This document shows, one piece after another, positions 54,289 through 64,000 of a stretch of 64,000 nucleotides of DNA (position 1 is the first letter of the stretch; every line of letters begins with the position of its first letter). The DNA is from Bilabrum cf. latius (lineage: Eukaryota). The DNA lies in NCBI GenBank assembly GCA_965178125.1, contig CBCXTV010000001.1:186001-250000 (forward strand), read 5' to 3'. The notes under the pieces were generated by a model that was not told where the DNA came from, did not search any database, and saw nothing but the letters and a program-made list of their open reading frames with translations. The position numbers and the translations under genes are program-made.

Positions 54289-57200
54289 GGGACCGCAGCG
54301 ACAGTAGCGTCGCTTAGGTGAGGAGCGGGTGCCAATGCTCTTTTGAAAATGGTGTGTCGTACGTACGGCAGGAGCCGTCGGTGGGAGCGGGGCGGATCCT
54401 GCGGGAAGTCGTGGAGACTGAGGGCAGAGACTCTCGGGTCGGTCAGGGTCTCATGTAACGTGCTGTTCACCGCAGAGGTATGTGCGGATCTTGGTGGATC
54501 TCTCGAGGACATGGGTGGCATACCGTTGTGCATCCGTTCCCCGGGGGGGGCGGTCGCAGAAGAGTGCACACGAAAACAAGAGGAAAGGAGACCAACCCCC
54601 CAAACCCACGTAGTGCGATCCTGGGGGGTACCCTATAAGGTACTAAGAATCCTTCTCCCGAAAATCGCACTACCTCGGGCCACAACGTCTTGGTGGATTC
54701 CTCGAGGACATGGGTGGCATACCGTTGTGCATCCGTTCCCCGTCGCTCCCTAACGTCTTCAGTGGCAGGTTCGGAAAAGACACCTCCGTAGGCACGCGAC
54801 AAGTCCCGGTGAAGCGGGCTCGCACCGCGCTGGGCGGGAGATCGTGAGCGCTTAGAGGACCGGAGCTTTCGGGCGGGTGCGTGTCTCGACAAACTCCCTC
54901 TTGACCACGGGCGGGGAACGTGTAGGGCGGAAGCTAAAGACACCGTAAGTAGCGGAGGGCTAACATTCCGTCCTTCGGTGAGAGCCAAAAGTTCGAGTCT
55001 GCGAGAGACTATTATACGAAGTTCTCCCCTCCTCATACGTGCGCATAGCCTCCTCACGCGGTAGCGCGAGCGCGGGACCCGGACCTGTCCCTGATGGGCG
55101 TGAATCTGAACCCGGCGTACTCTCCTAGTCTGTCACTTCCACGACCTTGTTGTCGCGGAACCACTTGCACGGAGAGGAACCTGTCGTTCAAGCGGGTGCA
55201 GCCGGACGCGCAGGTGTAGTGCATCGCCTTGCATATGTGCACGGCCAAGTAGATGCCGGAACCGTAGAGGTATCACACTTCCCGCGGAGCTTGGGTGGGT
55301 CTTTCGCTGCTGTCGTCTGCTCCAGAAGGTTTGCGCCAAAAACCGGAAAACTTCTAAGACAGAGGTGGGATGCCAGGAGCTCACGGTCCTGCCGGATTGG
55401 GGAGGTCCATGCCCACGCGAGCCGGGTACGCGTCCAAATCAACGCACAGAGCGGGAGCTGAGGGCGCCAAGGACGCTCACTGTCAGGCACACACAACGCG
55501 CACAGAATTCGTCATTTCGCGTTCAAAGCCTGCCAACGACGTGGCGCTTGGCGAAATGTGGTGGGTCGCGAAGATGTGGTACTTCGCCGTGCCTTTCTCT
55601 ATGACGGCCAAGCGTGCACTCGCCATCGCGCTCGGACGCCACAGGAAGAGATCCCAGCTCGCAGCTCCGCCGCCTCATCCAGGAGTAAGGCGAAGTCGAA
55701 TCGTGAATAGCGCTTCGCACCTTCACAGAGCCGAGGATCACAGATAGGCCCCGCCTCACAGAACCCAGCGCCATAGGGCAGAGCGTGAAGTACCTGGCCG
55801 CTTGGCTTGGCCGGACCCCCGCCCGCCCTCCGCCGGCAGCTCCTCCCGTCCGTCCCTATGGAGGCAGATCCGCGTACCCATGCTGCGGCGGGATCCTGAC
55901 ACAATCCGCTCCTCTTAGTGTGTGGCCGTGGGGCATGAGTGGAGCAGCATCGGGCCCTCACCAGCCGTGGAACGGAAGCAGCTCTCCGTGCGGCAGCTGT
56001 GCGATGCACAGACCTCGTCCCAAAGATACGGATCCATTTTGCCGTCTTCCCGCGCATACTGCATCGCTCTGCAAAACTGCATTGCGCAGTGGATCCCCGA
56101 GCGTCGACTGCCAATAGCAGGCGGCCTCGCAAGGCCTTCATGGACGCAGGATTTGGGCTTCTTCATCGTAAATTTGGGGTCTGCTCAGCGCGCGAAAATT
56201 CCAACGCTTCAAAATGATCCGGACGTCGCGAGAAGGGAACTCGTTGCTTGCTCACCTGTGCGGAGGGGTTGGATGCCCGATGTGCTAAAGAGAGGATACT
56301 GTCCGTCGGCGTTCTCTCTTCACCTTGTGCGGAAGGGTTGGGTGCCTGATTTCAGACAGAGAAGGTCTCGTCCGTTGGGAGCGCTTAGGAATACTTCCGG
56401 ATGGGGCGTCCAGACGCGGTCCAGGACCTCCAGCTCGTCGGGGTCAATGTCGCCCGCGCCGTCCGTGCCTTTGACGCCTCTGGATCGATGATGCCCACGA
56501 TCTTTGTCATCTCGGACGACACACGTCCCAGCTGCTCTTTGGTAGTGCATTACCTCATTGACCCCGAAGCGTTGAATATTTAATGAAGACCCTTCGGAAG
56601 CTGGCGAAGTTTGTCAGCTTGTCGGAGCGCAGCCTGGGTCCTTGTCAACAAACATGGAGGGTTTCGGGGCGGATTTCCAGCGTTCCGCCTTGATATCGAG
56701 TGCACCTCGAGGTCGGGATCGAAGCGGGGCGGGCGGTTCGTCATCCTCTGTGATACGCTTAGGAGGCGCCGACTTGATGCCCACCTTGTCCCCCAATCAC
56801 TCCAGACGTAACTGGGGAACTCTTCCCGTCGTGGGCCGGGTACGCCTCCGAATCCCACGCGAGCCGTTCCCCACGGCGCACCGATAAGCGCCGCTGCAAG
56901 CGTACCAAGAGGGGCGTACCAAGAGGTGCTTCCTTCGCTCGGCAGTGTGGCACTTCAAGCAGTAGAATGTGCCACTCCCAGCACGTAGGTGGAGTTTGCG
57001 AGCTGCCGGCCGACATGCTCGTGTGGTGACCTCCGGCGCACCGATAAGTGCCGCTGCAAGCGCACCAATACTACTTCGCTTGGGAGCGAGGCACTTTAAG
57101 CAATGCAGTGCGCCGGTTTTCGTGCACGCCCGGTCGCGCGGACGCCGCAGGTGGCTTGGCCGTAGGATAGAATTAGTGGCGGGTCGGTTTTGCATGTCTT

Positions 57201-57508
57201 CCCTCTCCTCTTGATATGGTACACAAAGGCAAGAGCCTGACGATGCAGACGGAACTCCTGGATTTCACCGCCACATTCCTAGTCAAGACAGCCCTCGACT
57301 AAACAGACGCCGAGTTATCTTGAGCAGCATCCCACGACGCAGTGATGTGGACGGCAAGGGTGATGCCATGCTTTCCGGGCCTCCCATGTGACCGCTTTTT
57401 GCGTACCGAAACACTTTCCGGGGTCGACGCCCCGGCGGAACACGCCGGCGCGGCGGCAAGCGTCGATGTTGCGGGCGGCCCAGCCATGAGGTACATGATC
57501 AAGTACAC

Positions 57509-58566
57509 GGAAAGCACGCAGAGCATCGTCAATCCGTTCGTGAGCCGCGAGTTCCAAAAGGTCTTCGAGACATCCGCCCGGAAAGCACGCAGAGCATCGT
57601 CAATCCGTTCGTGAGCCGCGAGTTCCAGAAGGTCTTCGAGCACATCCCCCCGGAAAGCACGCAGAGCATCGTCAATCCGTTCGTGAGCCGCGAATTCCAG
57701 AAGGTCTTCGAGCACATCCCCCCGGAAAGCACGCAGAGCATCGTCAATCCGTTCGTGAGCCGCGAATTCCAAAAGGTCTTCGAGCACATCCCCCGGATGA
57801 TGTCGAGCATGCGGACGCCCTGCTCCGGATGATGTCGGCCATGCGGACGCTCTTCCCAGACCTTGCGCGGCAGCGGGACGAAAATGGAGCTCTCCCTGCA
57901 CCGCAAGCACGCCGGAAACCTGGTGCACTTCCACGTGTGCATGACGGACTCCGAGAGGTCGCATCGTTGTCGCGTGGCGGAGGATTTCATTTGGGCCGGC
58001 AGCAGGCCGAATGTCGTGTACGGCTTTAAGGTACCGAACCGGAGCTCCCGGCAGCAGCGCAGGCGGAGACATCCGCCCGGAAAGCACGCAGAGCATCGTC
58101 AATCCGTTCGTGAGCCGCGAGTTCCAGAAGGTCTTCGAGCACATCCCCCCGGAAAGCACGCAGAGCATCGTCAATCCGTTCGTGAGCCGCGAATTCCAGA
58201 AGGTCTTCGAGCACATCCCCCCGGAAAGCACGCAGAGCATCGTCAATCCGTTCGTGAGCCGCGAATTCCAAAAGGTCTTCGAGCACATCCCCCGGATGAT
58301 GTCGAGCATGCGGACGCCCGGCTCCGGATGATGTCGGCCATGCGGACGCTCTTCCCAGACCTTGCGCGGCAGCGGGACGAAAATGGAGCTCTCCCTGCAC
58401 CGCAAGCACGCCGGAAACCTGGTGCACTTCCACGTGTGCATGACGGACTCCGAGAGGTCGCATCGTTGTCGCGTGGCGGAGGATTTCATTTGGGCCGGCA
58501 GCAGGCCGAATGTCGTGTACGGCTTTAAGGTACCGAACCGGAGCTCCCGGCAGCAGCGCAGGCGGC
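57509..58566 (+). repeat. 72-bp/499-bp nested repeats, copy 3
   Basis: Duplicate of 3120-4177. Confidence 0.95.
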
Positions 58567-59241
58567 ATGCTTGGGGCGGCACGTGGATCTTCGACGACGC
58601 CATTACGCTCAGCGATTGCGGGTCGAGGGTGCAGATCGACGCGCCGCAGTCGAAGGTCTTGGCGATGGTAATGCCCCGGAAGTCGGGCCAGTGGATTCCT
58701 CATAGGCTGCGCTCGCGTACGATCTGGTATTTGGGTGGGGAGCAGTCGGCCGTGATCACCAACCTCAAGTGCCAGGCCTGCCCCGGAAGTCGGGCCAGGG
58801 CATTCTCCGAGTCTCTTTGCCGATGATGTCTGAGGAGAAACCGTCCGAGAGCATTGCTGTTTCCTTGGGAGACGGCCGCAATCTTCGTGGGCGTCAAGGC
58901 GCCGGTAATATGGGAAACGAGGGCGGCATGTTGGCGCGCGAGGTCGACGCCCCGGCGGAGGGGGGGGGCCGTACGTGCCGTGACAGGTCGCGCCGGAGCC
59001 GGCGGAGGAGGCGACATGGACTTGCAACGCGTGCCAGGGCCTAAGCCCCGGTCAGAGTACTTCAAGAAGTGGAAGGACTGGATCCAACCAGTTTGCCGGG
59101 TGTGTTACGACAAGTTCGACAGCGCGACGCCGTGGTGGGTGAGGTGCAAGAACTGCAAAAACGAGTTTCCGGCGTACCGATTTCCCCAGATCCGCCGGAA
59201 GAGGGACGGGCCTCGATCTCGGAAAGGGCGGGAGTCCGTTC

Positions 59242-60564
59242 TTGCATTCGGAATGGGCGGGGAGTTGCTTTTCCTGGGAGCATGTGCGAGATTCCTTCTC
59301 CGCGGGTCCTCTTTCGGCTTCGGCAGTCAGCAGCGCACTCTGCGGGAACGGCATTCTCCGAGTCTCTTTGCCGATGATGTCTGAGGAGAAACCGTCTGAA
59401 AGCATTGCTGTTTCCTTGGGAGACGGCCGCAATCTTCGTGGGCGTCGAGGCGCCGGTGATATGGGAAACGAGGGCGGCATGTTGGCGCGCGAGGTCGACG
59501 CGCCGGCGGAGCACGCCGGCGCGGCGGCAAGCGTCGATGATTCGGGCGGCCCCCACATCGAGAGCGGCGGCGCGGAGGCGGCGTCCACGGGGATGCTCGG
59601 AGAGGAGAGCGGCAAGGCAGCGCCGAAGGAGGACGCCGAAGACGACGGCGGCAAGAAGACGGAGGAGGAGGATGTTCGCGGCGGTGGACGTGCTGTGGTG
59701 CCCGGAGGTAATGACGACGTATGGACCGACGCAGCAGCTTGGAAGGCGGGTGGCGGCGTGGCAGCCGGGGCGGTCTCTGGCGCTGATAGCTGGGCTCTAT
59801 GGGGGACCCCTGCGAAGTCGTCATGGGGGGAGACGTACGTGCCGCGGCAGGTCGCGTCGGAGCCGGCGGAGGAGGCGACATGGACTTGCAACGCGTGCCA
59901 GTGCTGCAAGCCCCGGTCGGCGTACTTCAAGAAGTGGAAGGACTGGATCCAACCAGTTTGCCGGGTGTGTTGCGACAAGTTCGACAACGCGACGCCGTGG
60001 TGGGTGTGGTGCAAGAACTGCAAAAACGAGTATCCGGCGTACCGATTTCCCCAGATCCGCCGGAAGAAGGAGAACTTGCGCTATTTCTTCCCTGAGGACT
60101 GGTGCGCGAAGTGCCTGGTTGCGCGTGGCTGGAGTCTCCATGATGTCCGTTCCTCTGCGGGTGAAGCGAAGCGTTGGGTGCCAAAAGCTGGCGCGAATAC
60201 CGGTGACGGCGACAACGACGCTCGTGCTCCCGCACGCGACGAGCTTCCTGCAGGAGGCGCCGCCTCCTGCAGCAACGCCGTGCATCAGAGTTCTTCGCGT
60301 GACGAGGCCTTGGATGACATCAACCGGGCCATGGAGCTTCTCCGGAATGCGGAGAAATTCATCTCCGCGATGCCATCGTGCATGCAGTGTGCGGTGCAGG
60401 ACCAGTTGATGCAGGGCATCGTCAAAGACCAGGCCCTCTTGGATATCTTCTCCGGCAAGATAACGGACTGGATCAAATACCATCCGGCCACTCTTGGGGC
60501 GATCCAATCCTATCGAAACGCATGGCTGTGGGCCGACGGAATGGCTCATGGTTGTCGAGGATGA
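59242..60564 (+). CDS. Chimeric zinc-finger ORF, copy 3
   Basis: One A-to-V change relative to copy 1. Confidence 0.5.
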   Translation: MHSEWAGSCFSWEHVRDSFSAGPLSASAVSSALCGNGILRVSLPMMSEEKPSESIAVSLGDGRNLRGRRGAGDMGNEGGMLAREVDAPAEHAGAAASVDDSGGPHIESGGAEAASTGMLGEESGKAAPKEDAEDDGGKKTEEEDVRGGGRAVVPGGNDDVWTDAAAWKAGGGVAAGAVSGADSWALWGTPAKSSWGETYVPRQVASEPAEEATWTCNACQCCKPRSAYFKKWKDWIQPVCRVCCDKFDNATPWWVWCKNCKNEYPAYRFPQIRRKKENLRYFFPEDWCAKCLVARGWSLHDVRSSAGEAKRWVPKAGANTGDGDNDARAPARDELPAGGAASCSNAVHQSSSRDEALDDINRAMELLRNAEKFISAMPSCMQCAVQDQLMQGIVKDQALLDIFSGKITDWIKYHPATLGAIQSYRNAWLWADGMAHGCRG

Positions 60565-61903
60565 TATCGAACCTCGCGAAGCATGCGTGGATCGGCTACT
60601 CGTAGTTCTTCACGCCATCGCGAAACCCCAAGGTGACGCAGATGGCCATGTTAGCGGGGTCAGAAGCACCGAGAATGGTCAGCCTCCAGCGCGGAAACTC
60701 ACCTCATGCACAACTGCGAGCGCCTCTTGGACGTGCGGACCTATCCGGCGCACTGGGTAGACAACACATTTGTGGTCCCCTTCCACGTGGGCATGGGCCT
60801 AAAGTGGTATCTCATCAGCCCGGAGGGGAGGAAGGCGCTCCTGAAGATGCGGATCCCGAACCGAAGCTTCGAACGCTGCGTCTGGCGCCGCATCTTCGAC
60901 ACGTTCCAAGGGCCGGTATGTAATGTCCGTCGTGATGTCCGTGTGCGCGGCCCTGAGTTGGGGGGTTGTCTCGTCTGGGAAAAAACAGAGCGCGTGCCCA
61001 TCTCCTACGAAGACTTGTGCGGTGTTCACGAGCACGCCGGCGAAACCTCGAGTTTTGGCATCAAGATCGTGTCGCGGCCAGGCTGTACGACGGCGGCAAG
61101 AAGACGGAGAAGGAGGATGCTCACGGTATCGCCCTGATCATCTGCACGACTTCGTGGGGCTCCATGACGTAACGGCGAGCGAGAACATTGACTGGTGGCG
61201 TGGCTGGAGGATCTCGGGAACACACGGCGGGCGAGCCGTTTTTGAAAAGGAGCACGGGTCCTTCGGGACGCCATTTCACTTACGGCGGGCGAGCCGTTTT
61301 CCGAATGGTGCGGGGGTCCTACTGATGCACACGGCGATCGCTGGTTCACTCACGGCGGGCGAGCCGTTTTCCGAATGGTGCGGAGTCCTCCAGATGACCA
61401 CGGTGATGGGTGGCAGCATGTCATAGGCGCGCCGTCGGAAGCTTCCCCTTCGAGTGATGCCTAAAACTGAGAAACCTGGAGATCCTAGCATCGTATGGAG
61501 GCAAGAGGTAACACCTTGGGGTCCGTTCTCCGCTTCAATTCCTGTCCCAAATCCGATTCCCATTTCGAGACCGAAAAAGGTGACCCGGAAAACGACGGTA
61601 CTTATTTCTGAACCGTTTTCCGGACGCTTTCCGGGTCTCCCATGTGACCGCTTTTTGCGTACCGAAACACGTTCCGCGCGTGAGGAGCAGATGCGGATCT
61701 CCGCGGGGTCCTATTTGTGTCTTTTTTCGGGGACGAAATCGGGCGCACTTCTCGTGCCGATTTGTGGTCGTCTCTGAAACCGGCTGCGAGTCGGGAAAGG
61801 TGCCCGAGATGCTTGTGTCCTTGGCTTCGTATTTCTCCGCATATTCTTCAAACGCGGGCGGCAGTGGCTCCTGCGCGGGAGCTTCCCGAGTGGGTCCGTC
61901 GTG

Positions 61904-62100
61904 CAGTGCGCTGGGTAGGTCCGCAGGTCAAGGAGGCGCTCGCAGTTATAGACGTAGGTGGAGTTTGCGAGCTGCCGGCCGACATGCTCATGTGGTGACC
62001 GGAGGTCACCACATGAGCATGTCGGCCGGCAGCTCGCAAACCCCACCTGCGTCTATAACTGCGAACGCCTCCTTGACCTGCGGACCTACCCAGCGCACTG
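61904..62100. repeat. 97-bp inverted repeat, copy 3
   Basis: Duplicate of 7515-7711. Confidence 0.95.
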
Positions 62101-62180
62101 AGCAGACAACGCATTTGTGGTCCCCCTCCACGTCGGCATGGGCTTGAAGTGGTACCTCAGGAGGATTTCACTTGCGCCGG

Positions 62181-63084
62181 CCCCCAGGATTTCGCCAAAA
62201 ATGGCCGATCCGCACAAGGAATTTAAGTTGCGGCGACACAGCTCGGACCCTGGCTTTTTTTTGGCTGTTTCGGGGCCCCAAGAGGGCTCCCGGCCCCAAA
62301 AAGGGCAAAACGCGAGGTTGTGGTGGAAAAAATGGGCCCCAAGGAGTCTCCAAACGACGCAAAACGCCACGTTGTGGTGGATTTTAGAGCCCCTAAATCG
62401 CCCAAAAAAGACGCAAAACGCCACGTGGTGGTGGATTTTAGAGCCCCTAAATCGCCAAAAAAGACGCAAAACGCCACGTTGTAGTGGATTTTAGAGCCCC
62501 TAAATCGCCCAAAAAAGACGCAAAACGCCACGTTGTGGTGTTTTTTTTGAGCGTTTTCGGGGGGCTCGGAAGGGGACCCCCCCAGGATTTGGCCAAAAAT
62601 GGCCGATCCACACAAGGACTTTAAGTTGCGGCGACACAGTTCGGGCCCCGGTTTGTTTTTGCGGTTTGGGGGCCCCGAGAGGGCTCCCGGCCCCAAAAAG
62701 GGCAAAACGCGAGGTTGTGGTGGAAAAATGGGCCCCAGGCAGCCCCAAACGACGCAAAACGCCACGTTGTGGTGGATTTTAGAGCCCTAAATCGCCCAAA
62801 AAAGACGCAAAACGCCACGTTGTCGTGGATTTTAGAGCCCTAAATCGCCCCAAAGAGACGCAAAACGCCACGTTGTAGTGGATTTTAGAGCCCCTAAACC
62901 GCCCTAAAAAGACGCCAAACGCCACGTTGTGGTGTTTTTTTTGAGCGTTTTGGGGGGCCCGGAAGGGGACCCCCCCAGGATTTGGCCCAAAATGGCCGAT
63001 CCACACAAGGAATTTAAGTTGCGGCGACACAGTTCGGGCCCCGGGGTTTGTTTTGCTGTTTGGGGGCCCCAAGAGGGCTCCCGG
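62181..63084. repeat. Satellite, copy 3
   Basis: Duplicate of 7792-8695. Confidence 0.93.
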
Positions 63085-64000
63085 GAGGCCCTAGAGTGGC
63101 CCTTCTCCGCTTCAATTCCTGTCCCAAATCCGATTCCCATTTCGAGACCGAAAAAGGTGACCCGGAAAACGACGGTACTCTCCGTCACTCCATCTGGCGG
63201 CGAAAATTGCCTCAGTTTCCGGTCCCCGATTCTGGGCCCAGGGACCCCCGAAATTCCCGATTCCGCGCAGTGCCGAAAGCTCGACATAAACCACAAACAC
63301 GACACACAACACAACACGATAGCGCCTCCCCACGCGCGGGATTGGGTCCTTCCGCTCGCTGCATGTGAGCTGCAGTGTGTTCTTGCCGGGAATGTCACTG
63401 GAAGTCGCGCTGCAGTCTGCTCAGGGCGCCTTATGACCATGAAGGCGTCTCAGCACCCGCGACGGCAAGAGGGGGCACGCACGACGTTGCGAAGCACCCG
63501 CCCTGGGTGAAGAAACTGCGTATCCACAGGAGTCACGTTCAGGTGCGCGAGAATTGGAAAGGCGGGGTAACTGGTGCAGAGGAGCTTGTTCGCAGCGCGG
63601 CTTCCACCAGCGCCGCTGACGGTAAGATGCATCGGTCTCGGTACATGAGTCGGCACGGTGTTGCGTGATTGACTTCACGATGCGGGAGTGTGCAGCCTTC
63701 CGCAGCGGGAGAATTGTATCTCCCCACGACCGCCGAAAAAAAAAAGAAGGCTATGCTGGACTCGTTCCAGGGAAGGCTATGCGATGAGTATCTCTAGGCG
63801 CTTTCCGGAAGACCCACCCACTACACGCTGGTCAGCCCTCCCAAGCGGGAGTGAACCGCGGATCCGCGGGCCCGTGAGCGCTGCTGCTACGATCATTTCT
63901 GCCCGTTTGACTCTCGCCCACTCTTGCCGTGACCAAAGACGCGCAGATCCTTATGACGCATGACACCTCGTCGAGGTGTCGAGACTGCCTCACATTCCCG

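Larger units (their letters stand above)
27195..54389. repeat. 27.2-kb tandem repeat unit, copy 2
   Basis: Near-identical to 1-27194; one extra C in the C-run near 37901-37906 plus scattered SNPs. Confidence 0.98.
54489..62159 (+). other. Scrambled patchwork, copy 3
   Basis: Duplicate of 100-7770. Confidence 0.9.
54390..64000. repeat. 27.2-kb tandem repeat unit, copy 3 (partial, truncated by window end)
   Basis: Matches 1-9611 with offset 54389. Confidence 0.98.

Noticed and set aside
1-64000. rRNA, tRNA, bacterial operon signals, or exact assembly duplication
   Set aside because: No RNA-gene signatures or consistent Shine-Dalgarno sites seen; copies differ by SNPs and an indel, so they are not exact duplicates, although read validation is needed

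Overview
The window is a head-to-tail tandem array of one ~27.2 kb unit: copy 1 at 1-27194, copy 2 at 27195-54389, partial copy 3 at 54390-64000. Copies are near-identical, with scattered substitutions and one 1-bp indel. The DNA is GC-rich and apparently intronless. The pogo transposase implies a eukaryotic host; a protist such as a dinoflagellate is only a guess. Each unit has two halves. (A) An ~18 kb compact, all-plus-strand gene cassette. It encodes a CRESS-DNA-virus-like Rep (HUH endonuclease + SF3 helicase, with a long N-terminal extension) downstream of a hairpin with iteron-like repeats (candidate rolling-circle origin). It also encodes an intact pogo-family DD35D transposase with no visible TIRs, a 910-aa protein with a GT25-like glycosyltransferase domain, three Cys-rich zinc-finger proteins and two coiled-coil proteins. 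No capsid gene is recognisable. (B) An ~7.7 kb scrambled patchwork built largely from short pieces of the cassette's own genes joined at microhomologies. It includes a degenerate origin copy, 72-bp and 499-bp amplifications and a 97-bp fold-back, and is followed by a ~0.9 kb satellite. Best interpretation (inference): an undescribed composite Rep-helicase/pogo mobile element or integrated plasmid/virus, tandemly amplified, carrying a defective or decoy mosaic of itself. All family calls come from motif reading by eye; no database search was run.
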